In this document: positions 1-9,804 of the stretch, piece after piece
How positions within the stretch are numbered: the stretch's first letter is position 1
Layout: every line of letters starts with the position of its first letter
From: a virus
Taxonomy: Duplodnaviria > Caudoviricetes
IMG/VR virus record: IMGVR_UViG_3300030330_003269
Coordinates: 32,766 to 96,765 of that record
Length of the DNA: 64,000 nt
Strand: one strand, 5' to 3'
The notes under the pieces: generated by a model
What the model was told of the DNA's origin: nothing
The model's input: the letters and a program-made list of their open reading frames with translations, nothing else
Databases searched by the model: none
Made by a program: the position numbers and the translations under genes

Positions 1-2
1 AA

Positions 3-212
3 AGACTTGAGTTGAATTTTACTAACATCCTTAAATAACTTCTCAATAACAGCATTAAATTCTTCTGTGTCTGTTGAGTCTCTGGCTCTATCTAATTTAT
101 CTAAAAGATTGCTTTCACTAGGTTCTTTGATATATTCTTTCATCTCTTCTTTGATTCTTTCCTCTGCTTGAGGGAAAGAAAGAGAAAGCGTTCCCCAATC
201 AAAATTAACCAT
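3..212 (-). CDS. hypothetical acidic protein, partial (runs off window start)
   Basis: ATG at 212 opens a frame MVNFDWGTLSL... with no stop before the window edge; follows the 222..869 gene. Confidence 0.6.
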   Translation of the reverse strand, partial: MVNFDWGTLSLSFPQAEERIKEEMKEYIKEPSESNLLDKLDRARDSTDTEEFNAVIEKLFKDVSKIQLKS

Positions 213-221
213 CTTTTAGCC

Positions 222-869
222 TCACATCAACCATTTAGCCCAAGCCGCACCTTTTTGAATTGCCGCACCTAAATGAAGTCCACTTGAAGGAGGCTCATAA
301 CTCATCTGTCCTTGAGCATCAATCCAATATGGCCGTCCATAGCCGTCTGTTCCACTTGGAGGGATAGGATAGCCTGTTCCATTGTTCATAGCACCCTGCA
401 TTTGCTGGTATTGCTGTGTTTGTCCTGTGATACCTGCGATAGCCATACCTGCCGTTGGTTGTTGCATACCGCCTCCGAAGCCTTGAGATTCAAGGTATTG
501 TTGCTTCGCAAGTTTCCTTTGGTTCACGACTTCTGTATTGATGGCTGATTGTAAAAGGGTATTTAAGTCTAATTCAATCTTTTCTTGGCTAATTTTATTA
601 AACTCTTGCAAAGCATCATTATTGATGCTCATGTTGGAACCAGCAGTAGTAAAAGACAATTTAGAAAGAAGTTGAGAAACAACCCGATTAACTACATCTT
701 CCATCAGTTGTTCAAGAGCAGATAAAAACTCCTTTCCGTGATATTGGAAAAATTCTTCAACATGGTTATCCTGTAAAGAAAGTAAGTTATTTACATTCTT
801 AAATTGCTGGTCGTTTTGCGCTTGAACTGCATTTAAAACAGTTCCATTACTTGTTCCTAAAATTCCCAA
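222..869 (-). CDS. hypothetical Gln/Gly-rich protein with C-terminal amphipathic helix
   Basis: 215-aa ORF, TTG start behind GGAGG, co-oriented in operon; ends AAIQKGAAWAKWLM. Confidence 0.75.
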   Translation of the reverse strand: MGILGTSNGTVLNAVQAQNDQQFKNVNNLLSLQDNHVEEFFQYHGKEFLSALEQLMEDVVNRVVSQLLSKLSFTTAGSNMSINNDALQEFNKISQEKIELDLNTLLQSAINTEVVNQRKLAKQQYLESQGFGGGMQQPTAGMAIAGITGQTQQYQQMQGAMNNGTGYPIPPSGTDGYGRPYWIDAQGQMSYEPPSSGLHLGAAIQKGAAWAKWLM

Positions 870-871
870 AT

Positions 872-1531
872 TTATTCCTCCTTTTCTTCAATGGTTTCAA
901 TTTTGTTGTTCATCAAAAGATAATTAATTCTTTCAGTCATTAAAGTAATTCTAGTCATTAATTCTAGCACTTCTTCATTGGCCTTCTTGGTATCTGCTAC
1001 GGCGGGTGGGGTTATAAACCAACCTGCTGATGTAAGAGACATAACATCTTTTTTGGACAATGTTTCAAGAGGGCCAGACTTAATTACCTTTGGAACCTTT
1101 GGAACGAATCTTTTGAATTCTAACCCATGTTTTTCTGCTAATACCTGTTGTTGAAGCATTTCTAATTGCATATACATAGCAGAATGTTTAGGACAATATG
1201 TTCCCATTAATGGTCTTCCCTTAACTACTTTATCTAAAGGCATAGGGGGTCTTAAATAATCTCCCGATTCCCAAATATGATGAAAACCACAAACCACACA
1301 ACGGTCTTTCAAATTAAATTTCTTACCGTATTTAATTCCCAAAAACTTCTTAGGCTCTGCCTTTAGAACAGTAGTGAGTTCCTTCAATTGTTTTTTCGGT
1401 GTAGCAGTTAAGAATTTATATTCCATTACTGCTCCACTTGCTCTTGCCTGTTGAATGGGATTCAAGGCAGGATTAAACTGCGATGGTGCGTTTTGTCCAA
1501 TTAAGTTCGGTTGTTGAAACATAGTAATCAA
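872..1531 (-). CDS. zinc-finger-containing hypothetical protein
   Basis: CVVC...YCPKH metal ligands; overlaps the stop of the GTPase gene. Confidence 0.7.
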   Translation of the reverse strand: MITMFQQPNLIGQNAPSQFNPALNPIQQARASGAVMEYKFLTATPKKQLKELTTVLKAEPKKFLGIKYGKKFNLKDRCVVCGFHHIWESGDYLRPPMPLDKVVKGRPLMGTYCPKHSAMYMQLEMLQQQVLAEKHGLEFKRFVPKVPKVIKSGPLETLSKKDVMSLTSAGWFITPPAVADTKKANEEVLELMTRITLMTERINYLLMNNKIETIEEKEE

Positions 1532-2196
1532 TAGTCCTTTATCATTGTTGTGATTCCTAAATATACCATTTCGGGGTCTGATTTGGCTGATACAATATAT
1601 TTGAAACAGGGTATTCCTTTATCATTTAATTTTCTCATACCATATTTAAATGGTTCAAATATCTCATGTTTATCTATGGATTTTCCTTCTTCTAATGGAT
1701 ATTTTTTTCCCCATATATCATATTTATTTGCCCAAATTCCTACGGCCATTGGATAATCCGAATCTCTTTTCTTTTTTCCGTTTGACCATGTGTTTGAAAT
1801 AATTGTATCTACTAAAAATTTCCATGCTAATTGGTGGTCTAAGTTTGCTTCACTATCTAAATGTCGGTGGTCAATCATAAAAATAAGATATTTAACTCTT
1901 CTTTCTCTCATATCTTTTTCCCATTCTTTCCAGTAAATTGCTTCTCCACCAATGTCTGCACTTTTAATGGTATGTGAATTTCCATCAATTTTAATATTCT
2001 TTCTTGAGGCTCTGTGTTTTCCTACAGTTCTTTGGTTTATTTGAGGAACTTCTCCCCGTGTTCTTAATTGATGACTAAGTGTTGTTTTACCAACCATTGT
2101 TGCCCCATAAACTCCAAAATTAATTGCGTGAACCTTTTTGTAGAATCCTATGATTGCTTCACCGACTAAAATAGCAAAGCCTGTCATTAGCGACAT
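1528..2196 (-). CDS. small Ras/Arf-like GTPase
   Basis: G1 GATMVGKTT, G2 Thr (QRTVG), G3 DIGG, G4 NKYD, G5 SAK; hydrophobic N-terminal helix. Confidence 0.9.
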   Translation of the reverse strand: MSLMTGFAILVGEAIIGFYKKVHAINFGVYGATMVGKTTLSHQLRTRGEVPQINQRTVGKHRASRKNIKIDGNSHTIKSADIGGEAIYWKEWEKDMRERRVKYLIFMIDHRHLDSEANLDHQLAWKFLVDTIISNTWSNGKKKRDSDYPMAVGIWANKYDIWGKKYPLEEGKSIDKHEIFEPFKYGMRKLNDKGIPCFKYIVSAKSDPEMVYLGITTMIKDY

Positions 2197-2208
2197 TCAT
2201 TTAACCAC

Positions 2209-2718
2209 CTAAAAATATTTATCTAACATTTTCTTTAAATGTTCTTGGACTCTTAACTCATCAAAACTTAACACCGCTGAATCCCTCAATGCCTCTATTA
2301 CTTCGGTTTTTATACTGTTATATTCTAAATTACTCAGTAATTCCTTTCCTAGTTCTTTAACTCTTGAATCGGGTAAATATTTGTATTCTACATCACCATC
2401 AAAATATCCTAGTCTTCCCCTTGGAGTTGTGTCTCTTTGGCTACTTGTTATTCCATATTCATTATCATAGTCAAGAAATTTATTTTCTTTTGTAGGTATT
2501 GTTTGTTTTATCATAGGTTTAGAAATGTCTTTTAATTCATCTGCCTTTGAGCCAAAAAATGCATAAATTAGTGCTTCTGTTAATCTTGGTGTCCAATATC
2601 CAGTATCTTCATCACCTTGAGAACCTTGAAATAATCTATTAAATCTCCAAGACCAATCCCTTGAATATTCTTCATCTGTTTCAATAATATATGGTTTTTT
2701 CAAAATGTTCCACCACAT
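2209..2718 (-). CDS. WxxILK-leader protein; possible ADP-ribosyltransferase-like fold
   Basis: Starts MWWNILKK; RLFQG...GYWT...EALIYA is only reminiscent of ART strands. Confidence 0.55.
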   Translation of the reverse strand: MWWNILKKPYIIETDEEYSRDWSWRFNRLFQGSQGDEDTGYWTPRLTEALIYAFFGSKADELKDISKPMIKQTIPTKENKFLDYDNEYGITSSQRDTTPRGRLGYFDGDVEYKYLPDSRVKELGKELLSNLEYNSIKTEVIEALRDSAVLSFDELRVQEHLKKMLDKYF

Positions 2719-2719
2719 A

Positions 2720-2938
2720 TCAATGCCCCCACCCGTTCAACAAAGTGTCAAACAGGAAACCCATGATGTTTATACCAAAAACACCAAGAATATTTCCAAC
2801 AAGGAAACCTGAAAGACAAGCGCAAGCACCCCAAAACCATGCTCGCATTTTCAAGAAGAAAATGTCTGCCGAATGCGCTCTTTGTTGATTATAAGCGTAA
2901 TCCGAATCGGAAAAGCCCATTAAGTCGCCAAAGACCAT
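2720..2938 (-). CDS. small membrane protein
   Basis: Hydrophobic segment WFWGACACLSGFLVGNILGVFGINIMGFLF; GAGGTG RBS. Confidence 0.75.
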   Translation of the reverse strand: MVFGDLMGFSDSDYAYNQQRAHSADIFFLKMRAWFWGACACLSGFLVGNILGVFGINIMGFLFDTLLNGWGH

Positions 2939-2947
2939 TTAACCACC

Positions 2948-3334
2948 TCATTGTAGCGTGGCTAAAAATTCACTTCCGATAGTATTTTCTTCTGTTTCAG
3001 GTTGAGTGTAAAAAGGAACATTACCGCCAAATTGTCTTGCACTTTCTCGCATCTTTTGGCGTTGTTGTTCATCTCTAGCCTTTCTTTCCCAATAAGCAGC
3101 AATCTTTCTATCAAGTAGCCACATCTCAATTTTGTCATTGAGAGCCAAATCAAATACTGCCTTAACAACCATAATTGCTCCAATTGTTCCTAAACCAAAT
3201 AGGAAAGAATGAGCAATAGGGCCGTATGGGAAAGTTAATCCAATCATAGCATAAACGAAAACATTTGCCCCGCTTAGAGTTCCAACGAATAAAATCGTCA
3301 TAACTAACCTAGTGTCTGCATTTAAAGCCGCCAT
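2948..3334 (-). CDS. two-TM membrane protein
   Basis: Two hydrophobic helices then a charged tail; AGGTGA RBS. Confidence 0.8.
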   Translation of the reverse strand: MAALNADTRLVMTILFVGTLSGANVFVYAMIGLTFPYGPIAHSFLFGLGTIGAIMVVKAVFDLALNDKIEMWLLDRKIAAYWERKARDEQQRQKMRESARQFGGNVPFYTQPETEENTIGSEFLATLQ

Positions 3335-3343
3335 AAAATCACC

Positions 3344-3664
3344 TCAGTTAAATTCAACTGAAACTGCCGCACCTTCTCCTGTTCCAGAAGAAATGCTCAA
3401 GTAAAGTCCATTCGTTGCTAAAACGCCATGCATATCAAATTCAAGACATTCTGGCCCTGTTCTTGCGGCGGGGTCAGCAGGGTCAGTTTGAGCAAGAATC
3501 ATTCTCGCTAATTCTAAACCACTTGCCGCAGAAGCATTATCAAACACCTTAATTGTGGTTGGTTTTGTTCCTGTTAAAACTCCATGAATTGAAACCAACT
3601 TACATTGTCCAGCGTGAATTGCTGTTGATGATGTTTTTACTCCGCTACTTCTGCAACTCGCCAT
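3344..3664 (-). CDS. small virion structural protein (beta-rich)
   Basis: Ala/Gly/Ser/Thr-rich, IKVFDNASAASG; downstream of capsid genes. Confidence 0.6.
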   Translation of the reverse strand: MASCRSSGVKTSSTAIHAGQCKLVSIHGVLTGTKPTTIKVFDNASAASGLELARMILAQTDPADPAARTGPECLEFDMHGVLATNGLYLSISSGTGEGAAVSVEFN

Positions 3665-3682
3665 GATAACACCTCGTTCAAT

Positions 3683-3714
3683 ACACCGTTATGGGTTGCC
3701 CCATATAACGGTGT
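3683..3714. terminator. intergenic hairpin, also containing a TATA-like GTTATAT on the minus strand
   Basis: ACACCGTTATGGG-ttgc-CCCA(TA)TAACGGTGT inverted repeat. Confidence 0.5.
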
Positions 3715-3717
3715 CGC

Positions 3718-4053
3718 TCACTCTTCGGTTAAAGAAGACTTTTTGGCTTTGGTAGCCGTTGTTTTCTTCTTTGTTCCTTTCTTTGGAAGAAACCTTGTTG
3801 CTAACTCATTATGAGTTTTAATGTCTTGGCCGATTTCAAGAGAAATAGCAGGGAAATGTTCGGGGTCAATAGCCATCATTTCCTTTCTATCCTCTTCTTG
3901 AAATGTAATTTCAAGGTTAGAATCACTCAAACGGAGAAGCGCAGCGACTACTGGTAATTCAATAGGATTTTCCCTAGTAAGTTTTTGACCATGAATAATG
4001 AATGGGTGAAAACCACCACTATCCGAGACTTCAACTTTAACCAAAGGAACCAC
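3718..4053 (-). CDS. hypothetical head-associated protein
   Basis: 111 aa with Lys-rich tail, in capsid operon. Confidence 0.65.
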   Translation of the reverse strand: MVPLVKVEVSDSGGFHPFIIHGQKLTRENPIELPVVAALLRLSDSNLEITFQEEDRKEMMAIDPEHFPAISLEIGQDIKTHNELATRFLPKKGTKKKTTATKAKKSSLTEE

Positions 4054-4054
4054 C

Positions 4055-4642
4055 TCAAAGGTTTCCAGTCACTTTGAGCCTAACCTTGCCAATATCACCA
4101 GAAGCAAGGCTAGCAGAAAGTAAAGCGGCTGAACCAGTAGTGTAAGCATAAAGGTAAAAGAAAGTCTTGTCGTTGCTAATATCACCAATAATGATATTAA
4201 CATCATGATTTTCTTGACCAACCAGTTCAACATGACTGACACTTGCTAATCCGAAAGAAGAAGCAAGAATCTTTTCACCAGCATGGGTAATTTCTTCATT
4301 TCCGCCAGAATCAGTTCCAGCCACACTTACAACAGTCATAACAGAATCCGTTGAATTTGTTAATGTGGTAATCCTAGAAACTAAAGCATTATTTGCTGAC
4401 GCTGAATCCGTAATAACGATATGGTCGCCCACTTGGAAGTCAGCAAAAGCAGTAGTGCTACCAGCAACAGTATAGGTGTTAGCAGTAGCATTAGCGGCAA
4501 TTGTTAGATTATCTGCCGTAGCCGTTGTTCCCGTTCTATATGCTGTAATATCACAGTCTCCAAGAGAAACATATTCATCAGCAACCGCTTTAGGCTTTGT
4601 ATAGCCTTTGTGGTCTGCTAACAGAGTTACAGAATTTGTCAT
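4055..4642 (-). CDS. putative capsid decoration / minor head protein
   Basis: Immediately downstream of MCP; Thr/Ala/Ser-rich beta composition. Confidence 0.6.
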   Translation of the reverse strand: MTNSVTLLADHKGYTKPKAVADEYVSLGDCDITAYRTGTTATADNLTIAANATANTYTVAGSTTAFADFQVGDHIVITDSASANNALVSRITTLTNSTDSVMTVVSVAGTDSGGNEEITHAGEKILASSFGLASVSHVELVGQENHDVNIIIGDISNDKTFFYLYAYTTGSAALLSASLASGDIGKVRLKVTGNL

Positions 4643-4652
4643 CTAAATCACC

Positions 4653-6002
4653 TCAAAGAAGGTTGGTAATCTTTCCTTGACCCTTGAAGTAAGAACAGCC
4701 CATTTCACCAATTGTTCGGTAAAGAGCCTTGTTTCCAAGACGGCCAACACCGAATGGGTTTCCATTGGAAATACCATCCTCAAAGTATTGAGTTGGCTTC
4801 ATAACCGACAACCAAAGGTGGTCAGTATCAAGAAGCAACATATCGCTGATACAGGAAGTATTTGCACCCGTTGAAGGCATAGCGGCAACAGGAATCAAAG
4901 GAATGTCGTAATAGGTAGAAACACGGAAACCGACTTCTGCACCCTTAACACCACGAACACCGTTCACGGTTGGAACGATTTCCTTTCTGTCCATGAATCG
5001 CTCTTGAGCCTGAAGCAAGTCAGAAAGCGTTTGAAGCGTATCATATCCAGTAAGAATGACCTTTGGCGAACCACCAGCAATTCTCAAATCACGAAGCATG
5101 GAGTTAAGCACAGTCAAGGTAAATTGACGAGCATTTCCACTTGCATAGCCAGAGCCGAAAGAAACAGCAGAATCAAGGAAAGAAGCCGAATCACGGTTTG
5201 TTCCGTAAAGATGGCTAATTTCATCAGTAGTTGCCGAAGAAATCAAAACGGTTCCAGAAGCCATAGCATCCAATTCTGCCTTAGAAGAAATAATCTTGTA
5301 AAGAGAAGTGTAGTTGCGCTCAATCAGAGAAATTTGGTTGGTAGCATTCAAATCGTAGTTTTCAAGAGGCATAACAAGCATAGCATTCTGCACTTCAGAA
5401 TGATGCTTACCCATGTCTTCTCTCAATTGAGCACGAATATCACCGATGCCATCATCAATAGCCGCCATTTCCATAGCAAGTTCCGAGAACTCAAATTGAT
5501 GAGCAATAATCTTGGGACTCGTAAAGAGTTGAGTGTAAGTTGGAGCAATTGAAGCCAAACCGTCTTGATGGGTGTCTAAAGCCGCATTTTCGGGAACACC
5601 ACCGATAAGGTCAGGACGCAAAGCCGCCGCACCAATGTTAGCCGCACTACCAGCGATATTAACGCCAGTCAAATCAAGGAAATTACCGCTACCACCAGCA
5701 GGTCGCTCCTTTAGGACTCTCCAACCACTTGAAGTGTAAGGTCGCTTTGAAATAACCGAAAGTGCGTTGCATTCACGGTTCAACATAGACCAGACCTTTT
5801 GGCCGTAAATTTTGTTATAAAGAGCAGTAGTGTCGGAAATAGCACTAAAGCCATTTGCGGCGGTTCCTGCAACATCATGTCCAGCATGAATACCAGCAAC
5901 ACCGCCCGCTTGCTTAAGCAATTGGTTGTTAAGGCCAGTATGACCAGTCAATCCGTAAGTTTGTCTTTCTAAGTCTGCAATTGTGTTAATATATCCTGTC
6001 AT
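4653..6002 (-). CDS. major capsid protein (HK97 fold)
   Basis: 449 aa after the protease-scaffold gene; typical C-terminal P-domain pattern (VSTYYDIPLIP, DMLLLDTD, KGQGKITNL); AGGTGA RBS. Confidence 0.9.
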   Translation of the reverse strand: MTGYINTIADLERQTYGLTGHTGLNNQLLKQAGGVAGIHAGHDVAGTAANGFSAISDTTALYNKIYGQKVWSMLNRECNALSVISKRPYTSSGWRVLKERPAGGSGNFLDLTGVNIAGSAANIGAAALRPDLIGGVPENAALDTHQDGLASIAPTYTQLFTSPKIIAHQFEFSELAMEMAAIDDGIGDIRAQLREDMGKHHSEVQNAMLVMPLENYDLNATNQISLIERNYTSLYKIISSKAELDAMASGTVLISSATTDEISHLYGTNRDSASFLDSAVSFGSGYASGNARQFTLTVLNSMLRDLRIAGGSPKVILTGYDTLQTLSDLLQAQERFMDRKEIVPTVNGVRGVKGAEVGFRVSTYYDIPLIPVAAMPSTGANTSCISDMLLLDTDHLWLSVMKPTQYFEDGISNGNPFGVGRLGNKALYRTIGEMGCSYFKGQGKITNLL

Positions 6003-6013
6003 GGTAAATCACC

Positions 6014-7243
6014 TCAGTTAAATCCTCCAGCCATTTTATGAATCTCCGACCAATCCATCTCGGCCAATTCATCCATAGTTGGGAGTTTGATTTGGGCTTC
6101 TTCTTGAGCCTTAATAATTTGGTTCTTCTCAGCCGTCAAGGACTTGCGAAGAGAAGCAAATTCATTCTTAAGAGAAGCAATTTCGGAAGCCGCATCATAT
6201 TGCGACTTTGCGAGGATGTTCTCTCTTTGGGAAGTTTCAGCCTTAAAGCGAGCCTCAAACTGCTTTTGAAGGTTGTCATAAGCCAACTTCTCCAATTGTT
6301 CTTGACGGAAAGCATCGTAAGCCTTCTCAATGTTAGCAACGCTCAAATCAAGCGTTTCTAACTCATCGTTGTTAAATGCCTTAACAACAGGAAGGTCGCT
6401 GGCTCTTGGCTTGCCGTTGTCAATAACGATTCTGTCGGCAGGTTCACCGATTTCAACGCCAGCACCATCAAGGGTAGAAAGAAGGGCTTTTGCCTCTTCA
6501 TCACGATACATCTTTTCATCCTCATCCATGAGTTTTTCGGACATCATCTTTTCATCTTCGTCCTCCATTTTCTCATCCATGAGTTTTTCAGACATCATCT
6601 TTTCATCCTCATCTTCCATCTTTTCGTCCATTTCTTCCTTACGCAGAGTATTAACCTCTGCCATAAGTGCGTCCAGTTCTTCTAAAGCCTTTTCAATTTT
6701 GCTCATGTTTTTCACCTTTTTTTCTTGTTTAAGAATATCAAACTTTGCTTCGGGGTTAATTCCTTTTTCACAGATAGTAACTTCATGTAATTCAAGTTTG
6801 CTAATTTCGTTAAATTCACCTAATTCTGGATTAGTCTTCTTTGTTTTTTGTAAAGCCTGTCCTCCAATACTAAATGACCTAAGCGAACCTTTTCTAATTC
6901 CTCTATTAATTTCCTTTGCTTTTTCAATATCATCTCTTAATTTGATTACCACAAAGAATCCAACATCATCAACTTCAGTTTTCCACAACTTTCCGTTTTT
7001 GTCTCGGTATGATTTTACTACTTCTCCAACTTGAACATTTGAATGATTAGTCATTACATTTCTAAACTTGGGGTTTTCCATGTATTTTTCAACTGCTTCC
7101 TCCAATGCTTTGAGTGTGATTAAATCATTTTGCTTATCAACGATTTCAATGCTTGCATATCCTCCAATCATTAAATCGTCGCTTTTTAGAATCCTGAAAT
7201 CTTGAGTGTTGTTCATCATCACCGAGGAAGTCATTCTTCTCAA
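6014..7243 (-). CDS. prohead protease fused to scaffold domain
   Basis: HK97-type protease motifs IGGYAS..VDKQND, catalytic His (TNHS), SFSIGG, LHEVTICEKGINP; acidic coiled-coil C-terminal half. Confidence 0.9.
   Translation of the reverse strand: MRRMTSSVMMNNTQDFRILKSDDLMIGGYASIEIVDKQNDLITLKALEEAVEKYMENPKFRNVMTNHSNVQVGEVVKSYRDKNGKLWKTEVDDVGFFVVIKLRDDIEKAKEINRGIRKGSLRSFSIGGQALQKTKKTNPELGEFNEISKLELHEVTICEKGINPEAKFDILKQEKKVKNMSKIEKALEELDALMAEVNTLRKEEMDEKMEDEDEKMMSEKLMDEKMEDEDEKMMSEKLMDEDEKMYRDEEAKALLSTLDGAGVEIGEPADRIVIDNGKPRASDLPVVKAFNNDELETLDLSVANIEKAYDAFRQEQLEKLAYDNLQKQFEARFKAETSQRENILAKSQYDAASEIASLKNEFASLRKSLTAEKNQIIKAQEEAQIKLPTMDELAEMDWSEIHKMAGGFN
6508..6632 (-). repeat. 51-bp coding tandem repeat in scaffold (MDEKMEDEDEKMMSEKL x2 plus partial)
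   Basis: Visible in both DNA and protein. Confidence 0.85.
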
Positions 7244-7277
7244 CCCTTCTTATTCAATTGCAGTATATAAAGAACAC

Positions 7278-9800
7278 CTATTCGTTGGTAGGAATGGGCA
7301 ACTTGTTATACCTATCTTCGTAAATGTTCCACTTTCCTGTGTCCGAGTCGGTGTCTGCTGGCTTTTGTTTATATCCAGTCCAAGCAAGCCACATTCTTTC
7401 TCCTTTAACAGGAATGACTCTAATATGTAATTTAGTTTCAAACTTATTCCCTTCTAAGAAATATTCATGATAGCCATCTTTTTGAACACCAAGTTTGATT
7501 TTACCAGAATCAATGACTTTTCCTCTTTCAACATTCTTTGAAACTTCTGCTGGATATTTACCAGCCGCTCCGAATAAATCAAAGAGTTCTTCTTCATTCT
7601 CTAAATCAATAGTCCAATGCATTACTTCATCTTCAACTTTAATGCTCAAGTGAACTCTATTATCCTCTCTAGCATAGATTTTAAAATTACCTTCTTGGTA
7701 TTCTTTTGGTGTTTTGTATTGTTTTATGATTTCTTCATTTTGTAAAATTACATCGGGGTCTGCGTGTAGTTTTCCATTAACCATAGAAAGGTGTTCTCTT
7801 TCTTGCGCCCAACTGCCTAACTTAGATTGCTTAGAATCCAAAATATCTTCATAAGTTTCCTTCATGTTTCTCATTAAGAAATCATGAACATCTTTAACAC
7901 TTCTATCTCCTTTTTCTTGCAAATAATTAACAATAGAAACAGTAAGTTTTCCTTGCTTTGTTTTCATAATTTCTTCTGCTTGAGTTTTCCAAAGGTCAAT
8001 GTCTTGTAAAGCATTCTTTGACATTAGATTATTTTCTTCAAAACCATAGATAGTAAATCCATTCATGTCATACTTGATAATAGCATTGGCTTCTCCATGA
8101 ATATGGTCTGTAATTTTAACTCCTTTCGTAAAGGCTTCAACATCATAGTTTAGAGATTTTTTAGTATCTTGAGATAATAGTTCTAAAGTGACTAGTTTAT
8201 CTGGGTGTTCAACCTCTGGAACTTCAATTACTTTAGCAGAGAATAAACTATACCCTTCACCTTTCTTTTTAACTTCATCCACTTTTACTCTAATAATATC
8301 CCCAACATCAACAGAAATCTTAGTGTTCAATGCTTTTCCTACATTTAAATACATTCTTCCTTCAATTTCTTGAAGGTTCTTCATTTCTTCATTAATTGGG
8401 CCGATACCTACTGTATAGGAATATAATTTAGATTTTGTTTTAGATTTGTCTAAAACGATAACATCTAAATCAACAAATTTCTTTAACTTAATCCACTTCG
8501 GATTCTTTTTTGTTCCTACATAATAAGTTGAAGTAGCGTCTTTAATAACTACTCCCTCAGATGTTGGCATTTGCATAATCTGTTCAGCGTATTCTTTTAA
8601 GTCCTTTAGACTGTCTGCCTGACGAGTATCTTTCTTTGAAGGAAAATCAATTGCTTCGGAAGATTTAGAAGAATAGTTATTGAATAGAGTTGTCATTCTC
8701 ACTTCAAGTTCTTCTTCCATCATATTTTGAGATTCATGTCTCATAATATCAAAAACATGACACCTTAGTTTAGCATCTTTATATTTATTTTTAAATACAT
8801 GAGCGATAGTATCTGCACGATGAAGAGGTTCATCACCATCAAACAAGATTAGTTCCGCATCAAGAATACAATCACCATATTCCTTTTTCTTAAGTTCTTC
8901 AACCTGTTCTTTACATTTATCAGTAATATCCTTTTCATTATAAGAAAAGACCTTAATGTTATTATCAATCTTATGTAATTGAACTCTCATGCCATCATAT
9001 TTTTCTTGAATATACCAATTGCCACTAAATCCTTTCAATTCATTAATGTCATCAATTTCAAAAATTCTATACATGGGTTTATTTGGAATAATAAAATCAC
9101 TTTGTGCTTTTTTCTCGGAAGACTTCTTTTCTTCCTTTTTCATATCAATATCTTTAAGTTCTTCAAATTCTTTTTCTGTGTTTTGAGAAAGCATAATTAA
9201 TTCTAACATATCCATAGCGGCCTTTACTTTTGATTCAACCTTCTTTGAGTCTTTTCCATCCCCGTAATGCTCCGTAATGTAGAGGGCCACATCGTCCACT
9301 TCTAGGTCAAGTCCTTGAAGACCCGCCGTAATTCGGTCAGGTTCCATGTCTTTAATGCTCAAAACCTCTTCGGAAAGCGTTTTATTGTCGTCTCTTATAG
9401 CATAATGAACAAATTTAACCATTGATTCAGGATTAGTCATTAATTCTTCCAAGACTCCATCACCAAAGGAAGCGGCGAAGGGGTCGGCCACCAGCGACGA
9501 AGTATAGCGAATTAATTTTATTTTCTTGTAAAGTTCCTTTGCTTGAGGAGATTTAGGGTCTTTTGCTTCCTTAGCATCTAAGTCCTTCTCGTCAATAAAG
9601 TTTTTTAATTCTTTTCCAGCAGCATCTAATTCTTCATATGATTCCCTAATCATATCAACTGCTTTACGCCAACGACCCCCGTATTCATCGGGGTCTTCAT
9701 TAGCAGATAAATAAGCAACTCTGGTCTTTTCAAAAAGACGAAGCAGTTCAACAGAAGGCTGCTTATCTTTCTCAATTGACCCAAGTTTCATTGATACCAC
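7278..9800 (-). CDS. ATP-dependent DNA ligase-domain protein in head module, with C-terminal LigD phosphoesterase-like region
   Basis: Motif I EKYDG, ILDAE, VFDI, EGVVIK, WIKLK and OB domain; C-terminal 150 aa resemble a degenerate LigD PE domain. Confidence 0.85.
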   Translation of the reverse strand: MVSMKLGSIEKDKQPSVELLRLFEKTRVAYLSANEDPDEYGGRWRKAVDMIRESYEELDAAGKELKNFIDEKDLDAKEAKDPKSPQAKELYKKIKLIRYTSSLVADPFAASFGDGVLEELMTNPESMVKFVHYAIRDDNKTLSEEVLSIKDMEPDRITAGLQGLDLEVDDVALYITEHYGDGKDSKKVESKVKAAMDMLELIMLSQNTEKEFEELKDIDMKKEEKKSSEKKAQSDFIIPNKPMYRIFEIDDINELKGFSGNWYIQEKYDGMRVQLHKIDNNIKVFSYNEKDITDKCKEQVEELKKKEYGDCILDAELILFDGDEPLHRADTIAHVFKNKYKDAKLRCHVFDIMRHESQNMMEEELEVRMTTLFNNYSSKSSEAIDFPSKKDTRQADSLKDLKEYAEQIMQMPTSEGVVIKDATSTYYVGTKKNPKWIKLKKFVDLDVIVLDKSKTKSKLYSYTVGIGPINEEMKNLQEIEGRMYLNVGKALNTKISVDVGDIIRVKVDEVKKKGEGYSLFSAKVIEVPEVEHPDKLVTLELLSQDTKKSLNYDVEAFTKGVKITDHIHGEANAIIKYDMNGFTIYGFEENNLMSKNALQDIDLWKTQAEEIMKTKQGKLTVSIVNYLQEKGDRSVKDVHDFLMRNMKETYEDILDSKQSKLGSWAQEREHLSMVNGKLHADPDVILQNEEIIKQYKTPKEYQEGNFKIYAREDNRVHLSIKVEDEVMHWTIDLENEEELFDLFGAAGKYPAEVSKNVERGKVIDSGKIKLGVQKDGYHEYFLEGNKFETKLHIRVIPVKGERMWLAWTGYKQKPADTDSDTGKWNIYEDRYNKLPIPTNE

Positions 9801-9804
9801 CTAT

